A stretch of 64,000 bases of DNA, taken from NCBI RefSeq assembly GCF_009914755.1, contig NC_060947.1. One strand, written 5' to 3'. The stretch is from the human T2T-CHM13v2.0 reference genome, Homo sapiens. The notes below the pieces were generated by a model, which ran no database searches, had not been told where the DNA came from, and saw only the letters and a list, made by a program, of their open reading frames with translations. The translations under genes and the position numbers were made by a program. Positions within the stretch are counted from its first letter, which is position 1. Every line of letters begins with the position of its first letter. Positions 44,967-59,606 of this stretch are shown here, one piece after another.

Positions 44967-47074
44967 GTATATGCTAGGCATTGCTAAGTCTTTTATTTAA
45001 TCTTTTCTACAACTCTGTAAAGTCAATACTATTATTGTCTTCATTTTACAGATAAGGAAATTGGAGGCTCAGAGAGCTTAGGAAATAATATCCAAGGTCA
45101 CAGAGGTTCTTGCGAAGCCTCTGCTTACTACCTGTGTGACCTTGGATATTATTTGTCTTGAGAAACTACATGGGTTGATTTATTAGAGTTCATAGTCTAA
45201 TGTTCATTTGGAATGTGGAGTTTTGGATTCTTCCAGGATTGTAATAATAAAGGTAATATTTTCCCTGTATTGAGTGATAAGCCCCTTATATACATTCTCC
45301 TATTTAAACTTAGAGCCATGCTATAAAGTAAGTGCCGCTATTATTCCCATTTTGCAGAAGAGGTACTTGAGTCTGAGAGAGGTTCACAAAACATATTCAA
45401 TGAAAGCAAGCTAAGCTATGGACTTGGGTAGAAGCTGAAATTTAAAATCCAACTGGTTACACTGGTCAAGCTCTGAAAGACTTAACCGGCTTCACAATTT
45501 GAGCCCTAATTCTTTCCTCTCTCCACTGAAAGTACATAATATCTAGCAAGAACCTCACTATATCTTTGGGATTTTGACGCACAACCAGCTGCCCTGCCAC
45601 AGCCCTCCCCACATCAGCACTTCGTGAGCCGTTGCAGCATATTCCTCCTCAGCACCTCCTGTCAGATTCCTCATTCTTGCTGATTTCAGAGCCTGCACTG
45701 TCACTGGAATTGCCCTTGCTGCTGTAGCTACTCAGGCATCACATGCTGCAAGTCCTTGTTATCTCTAGGACAGCTCTTTTTGGTATGTTAAGGACTTATT
45801 CAGTAGAAAAGGAAGAAGAAGGAAAGGAGAACCTTCTGCTGTCCATACATTTCTTCCCATGAATATCCTGGAGCTTTTAGCTCTGGAAATGGAAATCCAT
45901 GTACCCAGAAAGGAGAATGCTGAATAAACATACAGAAAATGGAGAAGAATGCAGTTACTGGAGGAGGCCCAAGAGTGGTCCTCCAGGACCATAAACTCCT
46001 GCAAACAAATTCAGCCCTACAACAAAAACTGAAAAGGGGACGGAATTTCTTCTGATTTCTTTACTCCAAATTAGAATGTGATTCTCGCCACCCTATCATG
46101 CAGGAAGTCTATGTTCACACAAGATGGAGATAGTAATAGGACTCATGTTGATTCTAACAGGAATGGAGAAGCATCACCTGCAGGCTTATTTTTAAACTTC
46201 CGTTTTTCCTACCTTTGGCGAATCATAGATTTTGGGGGGCAACAGGGAGCTTAAAAGCAGTGAAGTTACTTTTGTAGGAGTAGCAAGAGCACTTGAGTTG
46301 ATGGAAGGAGGTCTGGCTAAGCTTGTTAGTTGTTCCAACTCAGTCAGTGAATAGCAGTGTAATCTCAGACAAATGCGTTCCTTTCTCCTCTCAAGCCCTC
46401 CAAGTCCTACCTCATTTGAACTTCAATAATCTATGCCTTTTTTTCTTTCGTACAGCTCTAGCTCTATTTGGTTTTATTCAAGAAAACGACGAAGTGGCAT
46501 CAAGTGTCTCATCATATATGCCAGGCACTGTGTAAGTTCCTCAAATGGAACTACATACAAAGAGTTTGGGAGGCACAGACAGGGATAGTCAGGGTAAGAA
46601 TCTGAAAGGAGGTGCCACTGAAGCTGTGCCTCGAAGGATGAAAGGCAGAAAACAAGACCAGGCAGCCAGAGGAGCATACATTCTTCACTGCCTCGGAAAT
46701 TGTAGAAGGACCTAGAAGAACCTGGTTTGTTTCAGGGAACCTGGGAATCGTGGGAAATTTGGTATTGCTCTAGAGGAAGAGTGTGTTGATATGAAACAAG
46801 ACCAAGGAGCTAAGAAGTCAGGAACAGATCACGGAGGGCCTTGGATGGCTTTCCAAGGAGCTTGTATTTTGTCCTATGGGTAGCACAGGTTGCCAACAGA
46901 GTTGGTTTTTAGCAGCAGCATCACATAATCAGATTGTTTTCATAGGAAAACTGCTCTGGTTTCAATATGAAAGATGACCTGGAGCGAGGTGACCCTGGAG
47001 CCCTGGAGGCCAGTGGGATGCTAGTGCCTGCATTACATTCCAGCCAAAGACAAGGACCTTCCTGCTGAAAGACT

Positions 47075-47610
47075 TTAAGTTGATTACCAATGATCTCTGC
47101 CTGCTGACATTCAGGCCCCTGTTTATTCCCCTCCCCTTGAGTGTGGCCTGGACCTAATGTCTCACTCCTATAAACAGAATACAGTAAAGGTGTTGGATGA
47201 CTCTTCTGAGATTAGGTTACAGAAAGGCTATGACTTCCAAAATCAGCTGCCATGTCGTGAGCGGCCCTATGGAGAGGTTCAGATGGCAAGTGGCTTATGT
47301 CTCTGGCCAAAACCTAGCTAGAACCAGAGGCCTGCCCACCAGCCACTTAAGTGAACTGGGAAGTAGATCTTCTGAGGTAAGCCAACAGCCACATCAGTTA
47401 CCTTGGAAATGGATCCTACCCCAGTGGAACCTTGAGATAACTGTAGTCCTGGCTAACTCCTTGACTGCGTCCTTGTAAGAGATCCTGAACCAGGTGGGCC
47501 ACACCAAAATTCCTGAGCCACAGAAACTGGAATTAACAAGTAGGGTATCTGTTGTTTTATACTGCCAACATTTGAGATAATTTCTTACACAGCAATAGAT
47601 AAGTAATACA
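47075..47610 (+). mobile_element. MLT1 (E/F-type) LTR inserted in L2
   Basis: CCCCTCCCCTTGAGTGTGGCCTGGACCTA...AATTCCTGAGCCACAGAAACTG...CAGCAATAGATAAGTAATACA. Confidence 0.8.
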
Positions 47611-48919
47611 AGCCCCAATAAGGCAGTGGCAATGAAAAGCAGATGAATTCTGAAAATGTGAGCAAGCTGGGTTGGAGTGTGAGAAGGAAACAGATATCTA
47701 GGCAGACATCGACGCTGTTTAATTAAGATGGAAAATAAAGTAGGAGGTGTTGCTTTGGGGAGGAATATGATATACTAGTTTGCTGGCCAAAGTTTGAGGG
47801 CCTGTGGGACACCCCTGTAAATATACTTAGGAGGCAGCAGGATTCAAAGGGCAGAGGTTTAGGACAATCATATGGACTGGACATTTGGGAGTATTAATGT
47901 AGAGGTGGCTTAGGAAGTGCAACAGTGAAGCCCTGGAGATCCTCAACATTTCATCAAACCAGTGTTATTGTGTGTATGTGTTTTTGTGTGTACTATCTAT
48001 GTATATCTTCTCCTAAGCAACTACTTCGCATCCTAAAAAAAAATTTCCTTATCTTTGCAGCCATTTTTGGGTTTTCATTTTACCTCACTGAAGACTCTAA
48101 ATATGAGTGACTCTCTTCGCCTTTCAGATTAACCTGAGCCCTCTCCAAATTGGACAAGTTCCCTTTTTAAGTGTGCTGCGTAAATCTGCTGTTGATTTCT
48201 GCTGCTTGTAATTATTGGCAACATCTCTAGAGTTCATATGTTGTTTACATACTCAGCCTAATTTATTTTTCCCAAAGAAATTATACAATGTGACATAGCA
48301 GGAGAGCTTGTTAGAAGAAACACAGTACATGAAGAGTCTAGAAGATGTCAAGTTGACCCAGAGATCTTTATCAGGGGTTGGTGGTGGTGAGTGTGTTTCT
48401 AGCTAACCTGCAGAATGTAAACAGAGCCTGCAGACAGACTGAAAGACAGCTCTATCAGCTGTGCTGGAAGTGTTGACAACACTATCCTACCCAGGGTGTG
48501 AGCACAGAAGTTTGTTACCATTCCAATTTTGCTGAGCAGTTTGGGGTTTTTGACATTACAGATATCCTGTTCCTGCACAGAGTCTCACAGAAGAATCTTA
48601 AAGTTAGAAAGCACCTTAGAGGTCTTCTCAGAAAAGAATGCACAGACTACTTCTGAATGTTTGAAACTATCTACTTGCAAATAATGGTATTTCAATTGCG
48701 CAATTAATAAAGCAACAAATAGAATCATTTTCAATTGAGCAATGCTAGTAGATGGAATATGTTTTTATTAACCTACAAAACCACATTAAATTTGATGGGG
48801 CAATGGTTCATTTGAACAAAGTGATGTAGATATTAATGTGATTATATATGGAAACATATAGTACCAAACTAAAGTCACATATCAAAATCTATTCTTTTCA
48901 CTTTAAAAGTTTGAGAACT

Positions 48920-49230
<311 letters not shown>

Positions 49231-50849
49231 AAGAACTTAAACTCCTTTTCTTGTGCTCTCTATCTCTGTTCATGCTACCTCTCTCTCTAGTCACCCCCAA
49301 CCAGGATGAAGAAGAGACTCACCCTGCTTACCTACCTCTTGATCTTACCACTTCCCATGCTCATTGCTACTGGACTCAGAGATTGCTTTCTTGCCTTAAC
49401 CAAAATCAAACAGCCTCTTGGCTATTCTCTCTGCCTCTAGCCTCTTCCTTGTCCAATTTGTCCTTCACACCGTAGTCAGCTTGATCTTTATAAAGCACTG
49501 ACCAAAATCATTTCATGGTTTCCACTGAGTACAGAATCAAGTCACAACCCCTTAGCATGACATTCAAGGCCCACGAATATGACGTTTTCTACCTCTCCAG
49601 CCTCATTTCCCATGACATCACTCCATCCGCTCCCTTCAAAGCCATGCTCTTTAACCACATAAAGTTCCCTGACTCCAAGATAGATGACTGTGTTATTTGC
49701 ATGCTGTTCTATCAGCCCAGAATGCCCACCACCCCTTCTTTTCCTATGAAATTTCTATGTATACTATAAGGCTCAGCTTAAATATTCTCTTCTCCAGGAA
49801 GCCCCTTCTTTGACTCTCTCATGAACCCTGGCTCTACCATGGAATGGTTCCCATTTCATTTTGTCTCAAGAATGAGACCTGTTGACCTTCTCTCTCCAAA
49901 CCTACATTGTGAGCCACATGACTTCCTTTTGTTCCCAGATCGTTGCACACTCTCTGACATATAGGTTGCCTCAAAAGTGTTTATAGAGTAAATAAATCAT
50001 GAGCATTAGCAAAGCTTTTTAACATATTTCAAAAGTCCTTGAAGGTTTCATGTTTAGATAAAAATTGAAGTTCATTAAATGTTTTGAATACTGTTTAATA
50101 AGTATTATACATTTTTTATTTTTGCTCATCAGGGATTGTCAAGATCCACATATAAAAGCATATTTATCATTAGTTAATAAAATGTAAGAGTAAAATAAAC
50201 ATGGTAATTTAAACTTCAGTTACATTTGATTGACATTTTCATAGAGAATACATGCTTCAAAAAGAAACAAGCTCTTAATCACTTCTTTAAATAGGACCCT
50301 TTTGTCAATGAAAATTTTATTTAATACAGAAGTTCTCACTTTTAAAATTTTTGAGGAGAGTTGCTACCACAAGAACCCATTTTGGAATTTTAGATGTTCA
50401 GTAACTAATTCTAGACTTTTAGTAACTAAAAAGATTACTTTGTTTTTCTTTTGGGAATGTTTTGTCCTTTTCTATATACCCTCAAACTGAGAAGGTGTTT
50501 CTGGTGGAGATGGAAAGAACACATTCAGCCTTATTAAAGGCAAGTTGAGAGTAGTTGTAAAAATCATTGAACAGGGAGGGAGAATACCCAAGCTCTGGTT
50601 CATTGACTCTGGCATTAACAAGCTATGTGACCTTGTTATGCCTGTGTCTCTCTGGGCCTCAGTTTCCCTGTATGTAAAATGAGAGTGCTGGATTAGATTA
50701 TTTCTGAGGACTTTTCCTGTTCTAACAGACTAGGTTAGCAGAATGCATTTGGATTTGAGGTAGCAGCTGGTTAGTACAATAGCCCCTAGCACTGGACAGC
50801 TTTCTCTCAAACACCTCTCCTAGTATCAGCCACCAGAGCCCCAGGTGTT

Positions 50850-53440
50850 TTTTTAAATTCAAATAGCCACTTTATTGATATATAATTTAATACCATAAAA
50901 TTCATCCATGTAAAATTTAAAATTCAATGGGTTTTAGAATATTCAAAGTGGTGCAACCATCATCCCAATCAATTTTAGAACATTTTCACCATGCAAAAAA
51001 GAAACCCTGTACACATTAGCAGTAACTCTCTATTTCCTCCCAACCCCTCCAGCCATAGGCAACCGCTAATCTAATTTCTGTTTCTATAGATGTGCCTTTT
51101 CTGGATATTTATACAAATTGAATCATACAATATATAATCTTTTACAGTTGGCTTCTTTCACTTGTTAATGTTTTCAAGGTTCATCGATGTTCATCATTTA
51201 TTTTTCAAAAAAACAACTTGACTGGCCATGGTGGCTCACACCTGTAATCCCAGCACTTCGGGAGAGCAAGGTGGGCAGATCACTTGAGGCCAGGAATTCG
51301 AGACCAGCCTGGCCAACATGGCAAAAACCTGTATCTACTAAAAATACAAAAATTAGCTGGGTGTGGTGGCGCATGCCTGTAGTCTCAGCTACCGGGCAGG
51401 CTGAGACAGAATTGTTTGAACCCGGGAGGTAGAGGTTACAGTGATCCGAGATCATGCCACTGCCCTCCGCCCTGGGTGACAGAAGGAGACCCTGTCTCAA
51501 AAAAATAAAGAAAAAACTTTACTTTTCAGAACAGTTTTGGATTACAGAAAAATTGGGAAGATTGTACAGAGAGTTCCCATATAATGCCATATCCCATTTC
51601 CCTTATAATTAACGTCTTACGTTAGTGTGGTACATTTGTTATAATTAATGAACCAATACTGATATGTTATTACTATATAAACTCCATACTTTATTCAGAT
51701 TTCCTCAGGTTTTCCCTAAAGTCCTTTTTCTTTTCCAGGATCCTATCAGAATACCATAATACATTTACATTACAATAGTAGTCATGTCTGCTTACGCTAC
51801 TTGTGGCTGTTTCTTAGCCTTTTGTTGTTTTTTGATGACCTTGACAGTTTTGAGGATTTCTGGTCAGGTGTTTTGTAGAATGTCCCTCAATTAGAATTTG
51901 TCTTATGCTTTTCTTATGATTCAACTGGGATTATTGTTTTGGGGAGGAAGACTGCAGAGGTAAAGTGCCATTCTCATCACATCATATCAAGGCTGCATGC
52001 TATCAACATGATTTATGACTGTTGATGTTGAGCTTGATAATCTGGATTTGATAGGGTTTGTCAGGTTTCTCCACTGCAGTTATCCTTTTTGCCTGTTATG
52101 CATACAGTTTTGGTAGGTACTCACTATGAGCAGCCCACACTTAAGGCATAGGGAGTTGTGCTCCACTACCCTGAGTCCAGAGTATCTACATAAATTATTT
52201 TGACTTCTTCTGCACAGATTTGTCTCTTCCTCTCCTCTCATTTATTTATTTACTTATTTATTTATATCAGTGTGGATACATGCATTTTTTAATACTTGAG
52301 GTTATAATCCGATACTGCTTTATTCATTTTGTTGCTCAAATTGTTCCAATTTGGTCACTGGGAGCTATTTTAGTTGGCTACTGTGTTCCTTTGACACAGA
52401 GCATCATTGTAGTTTATGTGTCTTCTCTCTCCCTCTCCCTATTTCTCTCTGTCTCTCTGTCTCCCTCTTTTTCCTTCCCTTACTTTCCATCACTGCAAGA
52501 CGCAACAGGCTTATTTTGTATATTTCTGGCCCCAGTCCTAGAATCAGTCATTTTCCCAAAGATCCCTGGTTCCTTTTATTGAAGAATGATATTAGAAACT
52601 AAGATCTGGGCACTAGGTGTACTCATTGTAACTGGGATGTCTCTGCTTCCAGGTCCTCTCAGCTGACAGAACAAAGAAATATGTGTGTGGATCCTAGCCC
52701 CTGTATATACCAGTACTCAATTTCTTTTCATTGCAGAATACTATTCATTGTATGAATATATTGAATTTTATTTACCTATTAATCATGTAATCGACATTTA
52801 GATTGTTTCTGCTTTTGGGCTATTATGAACAGTGCTGTTACTAACATTAGTTTACAGATTTTTGCGTGAAAATATGTTTTCATTTTTCTTGGTTATTCCT
52901 TAGAGTGGAATTGCTGCTGGGTCATATGGTAAATCAATGCTGAACCTTTTAAGGTACTGCTGGACTTGTTTCAAAGAGTTTTGCACTCTCACTAGCACTG
53001 AATAAAGATTCCAATTTTCCCACATCGTTGGCAACACTTGTTATTGTCTACTTTTATATTGTTATTGTAATAACCATGTTATTTGTGAGTGGTATCTCAT
53101 TGTGGTTTTGATATGCATTTCCCTGATGACTAATGATGTTTAGCATCTTTTCATGGGCTTATTGTCCATTTGTACATTTTCCCTGGGAAAAAGTGTCTAC
53201 TCAGGTCCTCTGCCCATTTTTTAATTGGGTTGTGTTTGTATTATTTAGTTTCAAGAGTTTTTATATAGTCTAGACATAAACCCCTGATCAGATATATGAT
53301 TTGCATATATTTTTTTCAGTTCTGCAGGTTGTCTTTTCACTTTCTCGATGGTGTTCTTTGAAGCAAAACATTTTTAATTTTTATGAAGTTCAATTTATTT
53401 ATTGTTGTGTGTCTGTTTATGCTTTTGGTGTCGTATGGCT
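50850..53440 (-). mobile_element. Old L1 3' ends (L1M-type, at least two nested pieces)
   Basis: Reverse L1 3'-end motifs (CTTTATTGATATATAATT, GGAATTGCT..GGGTCATATGGTAA, CATTTCCCTGATGACTAATGATGTT). Confidence 0.8.
51223..51517 (+). mobile_element. Alu
   Basis: Full Alu dimer within L1. Confidence 0.93.
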
Positions 53441-53615
53441 TTCTTTTCATTATTAATGGTGAAGACTGATGGTGCCTTCTTCTTCATCAAGAGCTAGCCT
53501 CAGCAATGAGAAGCATCACTCATGGTGGGAAGTACACAATCTGACCAGAGAACACTCCCTCTTTTCTGAAAGGTCAACAGAGGCTATTGAGAAAGTGATC
53601 ATAATAGCTTACATA

Positions 53616-53798
53616 AGCCAAATGTGGTGGCATGTGCCTGTGGTCCCAGCTACTCAGGAGGCTGAGGCAGGAGGATTGCTTGAGCCCAGGAGTTTGAAGC
53701 TGCAGTGTACTATGATGGAACCTGTGAATAGTCACTGCACTCTAGGCTGGCAACATAGCGAGATCCTGTCCCTAAAAAAAAGTTTTTTTAAAAAAAAA
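53616..53798 (+). mobile_element. Alu right-arm monomer (FRAM/AluJ fragment)
   Basis: GTGGTGGCATGTGCCTGTGGTCCCAGCTACTCAGGAGGCTGAGG...A-rich end. Confidence 0.85.
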
Positions 53799-54332
53799 TG
53801 TACAAAGATAATAATAACTAACACATACTGCACAATGTGTGCCAGGCACTGTGCTTAGCTCTCAAAGCACCGTTTTTTATTGAATCCTTAACAACAAACT
53901 GGACACATTGTTGTCCCCACTTGACATTTCAACAAATTGAGGCTCAGAGTAAGTGATGTCCTCAGGAGCCCACAGCTGGTAAGAGATGGAGACAAAAAAT
54001 TATAAATTCAGTCTTGATTTTCACTGATCCTATTGGCTTTAAGTCCCCAGGGCACCCATTCCTAAACATGCAATAAACACTCATGAATATTCTGAGAGCC
54101 TCCTATAAAATAGGCATTGTGCTGAGTATTGGTGAAGAGTAGACACGGTATCTGCCTTCATGGAGCTTACAGACTAGAAAGCAGACAAGAGGCAGAATCA
54201 TACAAATAAATTAAAATGATCACTGGAATCAGTGTTGGAAAGGCACCCAGAGCTATAACAGCTTATAACAAGGAGATCCATCCTATTCTGAAGAAGGGCA
54301 CCATGAAAACCTCTCTAAAAGAAGTGGTGCTA

Positions 54333-54602
54333 GGGCCAGGCATCGTGCCTCATGCCTGTAATCCCAGAACTTTGGAAGGCTGAGGTTGGAGGACTGCTTG
54401 AGGCCAAGAGGTGGAGACCAGCCTGGGCCACATAGCAAGACCCTGTCTCTCCAAAAATAAGAAAAGAAAAAGTGGCTGAGTGTGGTGGCTCACACCTGTA
54501 ATTTCAGCACTTTGCGAAGCTGAGGCAGGAGGATTGCTTGAGCCTAGGAGTTCAAGACCACCCTGGACAACATAGTGAAGCCCCATCTCTATGAAAAAAA
54601 AA
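54333..54602 (+). mobile_element. Two tandem left-arm-type Alu monomers (FLAM-like) inside L2
   Basis: Both units have left-arm structure (CTCA(T/C)(G/A)CCTGTAAT..CAG(A/C)ACTTTG...AGACCA) and end in A tracts. Confidence 0.8.
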
Positions 54603-57600
54603 GTGATGCTTGAACTGGGATGTTCAGAAGGACACTGGACTATTTGAGAAGCAAGCTTGGAAAAGAACTTTCTAGGCAGAGGAAATAGCAAGTTCAAAAG
54701 CCCTGAGGCAAGAAAGAAACAGTGCCTTTTTGTCAATGGATGTAATTGTTAGGAAATCTGTGCTTGATGTGTGGATTTGGGGGAAATCCTACAGATGCAA
54801 AAAATAAAATATGTACTGTGCATAATAATCTTTATTTAAGACAATTACTAGACTTTAAAATGTGTTGAGATATGAAACTAACACAAACCATAATCTATTC
54901 ATTCAACAAACATTTCTCAAAAGGAATCCTGGCTGAGGTTGAGCGAAGGAAGACTAAGAGGTCCAAGGAGTTGAACCCAGAGAGGTAGGTAAGAGCTGGA
55001 TCAGGCAATGCTTTTGAGAGTTGGGATATTTTTTAAAGAGCAATCAATAGGAAGCCACCAGAAAGTTCTTTAAAAAGTAACAATGAAAGGATTTATGTTG
55101 GGCAAGTGGAGTGAATGTTCTAGGGATAATGGGTTGAAGCGGGCAGAGTAGAAGCAGTGAGAACAGGTAGAAGAAGGCCATGGCAGAGGTCCAACAAGAA
55201 ATGACAGTAGTGGTGTGGATGAGGATGGTGACGATGGAAAGGAGAGACACAGCATGTTGTATGTATTCCACTCAGCTGGTTGGTGCTCACCTAACCTCTC
55301 CTCTGCCTGACCTGGGAACCCACCCCTGGGCTTGCTCTCTGCCCCCTTCTCAAGAGGGCAGTGAGGGTTGATTGGGCCCCTGCATTTAAGCGCCTTCTGG
55401 TTCCTCAGCGGCCCCAGCTCCCCGCAGCCCAGGCTGTTCAGCTTGGCTCCCAAGGAGGTCTTTTTCTCCAGTGAGTGGGTCTGAAGAATGACGGAGCCGC
55501 TCACTAATCTGATCCTGCTCCTGCTTACTGAGGAGGGGAATTGGCAGGGGGTTGCTCTGGTGTGCTTGTCCTGCTTGTGTTAACTGCAGGCCCCAACCTG
55601 GAGAAAAGCTAGAGGATTACTGCTCCTGGGGCTCCCTGCCCCCTCCCCATCCCAAAACAGCTGAAGGAAAGGCTTGAACTTTTCTCTTTCACAAGGAGAC
55701 ACAATTTTGTATTTGTGATAGGGAGAGAATATATTTTAAACCTGCCTTTTCTAGTGATAACAGGAATGCAATCCTATTAGAGAAAATTGGAAAGTATGAG
55801 AAGGATGACTAACCAGTATTCATAACACTACCCTGCATTTTTGCATGTTTCTCCAGTCGAATATACTTATTTTAAATAGTCAAGGTCATATACACTGAAT
55901 ATAGTTCTGTGTATCTTGCTGTTTATGCTTTGTGCTTTAAGCTTTTCCTTGTGTCATTAAAAATTTCTCTGTAAACGATTTTCATGTCTGCAAAGCAGAC
56001 TTTTTAAAACATTTTACCTAACCTTTCTCCATTTGTTGGACATTTGGTCTGTTTGGAACTTTTTTGCATAAGAAGGGCTGTGATGAGTATCTTTGTTATA
56101 AATCTTTGGCTGCATTTTGGATGCGCTTCTTCAGCCCCAACCCTCACCCACTCCTAGATTTCTAGAAGGGGGATTAATGAAGGAAGTTGTATAGTCAGAA
56201 GATAGGAAAGCAAAACTCTACCTAGGGTAATTCCCACCAAAAAGTAGCTCTGCACCTATCATAGAAGCTAAAAAATGGACTAGCCATTTTCCCTCGGTAA
56301 GGACTTGATGCTTCCCACATCACATCATTCACGAAGAGGTGGCTAGTAGGAGTCTCTGTGTCAGGAATTGCCTTTCTCTAGAGGCCCCGCTGGATTATGG
56401 CTTTGAGGGGCAGCTGGGGCTGTGATTTCACTGGTTTATCTCTTGGTTTTGTGGCCGGCAGAGGAGAGAGTACCCTCCCAGGCCTGGGAGTGTGGTTCCA
56501 CTGCGCCGCGGTAGAACCAGCTACGCAACCTTGAGCACCGTCATTTCCCCTTTTGGGGCCAGTTTCCTCCTATGTAAAACAAGGAAGAGGAGGGAGGAGG
56601 AATTGGAGTTTGACCAGATTTCATTATTGTTGCTGTTTAAGCAGCAGAACCCTTATTACAAATTAAACCTTATCAGAACCCCAATCTATAAAATGGATTA
56701 AGGTTCGGTTGCCCTGATAGACGTGAGTGGGGAGGAGTGGGGGAGGGGCCCCAGTTTGAAAACTCTGGCCTAGAAGATGAAAGTTTCATTCTAGTTCAGT
56801 TCCGTTCTCTTCCCTATTGCTGAAGGAAAGAAAAAAAAATCATTTTTCATCTGTATTTAAATCCTCCTAATGTGCTGATTGATGAAATCTTTTCCCTTAA
56901 GGGCAATTTGGAAATCAGACAAAGTGAAGCACAAAGCCATGGATGTTTAGAGAGAGAGTGAGCGGTATGTGAGACACACTGAAAGGGTGACCCTGGCACT
57001 TCTAAGAAGGCAGCAGCACAATGGACTCTTCGAAAGAAGCAGTGTCAGAGTTTATTCCCCTGTTGGCACCGCCTCCCACAGTGGGGGCGAATTGCTTGTT
57101 TTTACCCTCCCTTTCCTGGAGTCATTTCAGACCAAATTTGAGTCCACAATTGCTAGCAATTGGAAACCCAGAGTAACCTACGGACAGGTATTTTATTGAA
57201 GGCCAAACACGGTAAAAATATGGTGGGGGGATAGATGGGACAAAAGAGTTTCCTCTCGCCCCTGGGTTTTTGGAGCACCCGGGTTGAGGGGCCAGGGGAG
57301 ATGAGGCTCACTGACCAGGCAGCTTGCAGGTTTGCTCCAATCACAGCAGCAAGGATTGAAGCACCAACCAGCCGGGAGGGGGGCGAGGTCTGTGGCCCTG
57401 GGATTGGGAGAAGGGGGAGTGGTACCAAGGCTAAGACTGAACCCGAACCCGAGCCTGGACGCGCGGCAGGACCAGGAGGAGGACTGGGTGGAGGGCAAAG
57501 CGTATGGGTCTGTAAATCAACGCCGGCCCCCTCCCACCCCATGCTGCACAGTGGGGGATGGAATGCGGGGGGTGAGGGTTGGCAGTGGAAATGTCTTAGG

Positions 57601-58883
57601 GGGCTGGTGCTGCCTTCCCAGGGAGACCCGACCTTTCTTGAAGAGGCGGAGTGGGTTTAGTCTCCAGGATCCGCAGTGATGTGTAAAAAGCGGGCACGAC
57701 CCCCGAAGCCTCAGAAAGCCCCCTCCCCACCCCCCCACCAGGCCCTCCCCGGCCCGCAGGTGAATGACTGGCCCACACAAAGGAAGCCGGCTGGAAATGT
57801 GGAATTCGGACCAATTTACGGGAGACTCTGTCGCCTAGGGTCCCAGCGGACCTCAAGCAAAGAAACCTGTGGTCAGTAGTGGATGAGGATAAAAACAGTG
57901 CACCAGGCCAAGCTTATTGGAAAGGCTGAGTTTAGTTATTCTGGGATAGCGAGGTAACAGGATTAAAGGGATTAAGGAAATCACCTCAAACAGCTGAGGA
58001 GGGGGTAAAAAAACACTGGTTCTATTTGTTTTCTTCCTAGGCCCCAAACAGATACACTGGGGCCGTGTGGCTGGGCGCGAAACTAAAGGCCCTTCGGGGG
58101 GCACAGTGGAATGGCCAAGGGTCAGGGACTGGAGGAAAGTGGGGAGGGGGATGGAGTAGAAAGCGGGCTCGAGACTCTGGATGAAAAGGAGCCTTCTCTG
58201 GAAAACAAATAGGTGGACTGAGTTGACATGTTAAAAACAAAACGCCTGGGAGGAGTTTCGGAGATCTTTGAAAATCTAAGGAGTACTTTTTAATACCAAA
58301 TCTTCCAGCGCTGAATGTTGACTCCGGCGGTTCAGCTACCAGGGTTGAAACGTATTTGTTTCCTGCTGGGGATCCCTGTAACCATTTATTTTTAATAGGA
58401 TCATCGAGATTTCCGAAGGGTTTTCGTTTTGTAAATATTTCAGCTAGGCTCAAATGTCTTCCCGCCCCAGTGCACAAAGGTAAAAGTGCCCCGTTTTTGG
58501 TCGGTTTCAGCGGCCGCGCCTTTCCAGCCCCGCCTCGCGTGGCTGCGGCAGCAGACACTTTCAGCAGACGCTCACTGCGATCAACAAGTGCGCGGCCGCG
58601 GGCTCTGCGCATTAGCTACTACTGTGTGCCCGCTCTCGGGAGACGCTCCTGGAAGACTCGGAACTCTGTTCCGAGTTTCAGTTGAGAATATTGGAAGCTG
58701 GTGTATGGTGGATCACCAGTAGTTAAAAGGAAACCATTTCAGATTATGCTTGCCTCCCCCCAGGTCCCACCCCGCCCCTAGGATGGGATCTCAGTTGTAA
58801 AACCGAGTGTTGGTTCCTCCCCAACCTGCAAAAAAGTTTCAGGGCCGCAAAATTATCAGGACTCCATCATGTTGGTTATAAAA

Positions 58884-58889
58884 TTTATT
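58884..58889 (-). terminator. SOX3 polyadenylation signal AATAAA
   Basis: TTTATT on + strand about 720 nt beyond the SOX3 stop codon. Confidence 0.75.
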
Positions 58890-59606
58890 GATCTCATTTA
58901 GGAATTAAGAGTAAAAGCTTGAAAACCCTGAAACAAAGTAGCCCCTCCCCACTACCCAAACGAAATCTGAACACATTAGCGCGAAGAAATATCAAACAGA
59001 TCACGGCAGAAATCACCAACTCAACATGATTGGACAGAAGCTGTCCCGCGGCCAGGGGCGGCGAGGCGGGAGACACACGCACACCTGGCTATAAATTAAC
59101 ATTGGCTTTAGCTGCCGCGCTGCTTGGAGCGGTCAGCGCCCCAAAAAACCACGAGGAAAACAGACGCGACACGACTGGGGGCGTAGGCGTTGCAGTTCTC
59201 CAGCTGGCCTCACCCGATACTATGTTTCTCCCATTCACTCCTTGGCTAACTGCAAACTAACAAGACAACATTTTCAAATGTAACAGAATAACCCTGGAAC
59301 TCAGGAGGAGGAGTGGGGGCTGTTTTTTCTTTGCAAATAACACAGCGATTCCCAGCCTACAAAGGTGAAAGGAGCAGCGGCGTGGGGCAAGAGAGCTCTC
59401 TAGAAGTCCCATTTTCGCTGCTCCTGACTTATTTTTGCTTTTGTACAAAACCCGACAGCTACAGCAAAACTTTCAGCCCTCCCCATCATCGGTACAAGGC
59501 AACAGTCCCAGGCAAGCAAAGCTAAACAAGGCGTCCCAACTTGGGGGTGCGGGGCGGGAGTGGGGGTGGGGGTGGGGAACAAGGGTGGACGAGCGCAGGC
59601 CGGTGC

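Noticed and set aside
58037-58612. 191-aa minus-strand ORF downstream of SOX3
   Set aside because: No recognisable homology, non-ATG start, GC-rich context; likely a chance ORF
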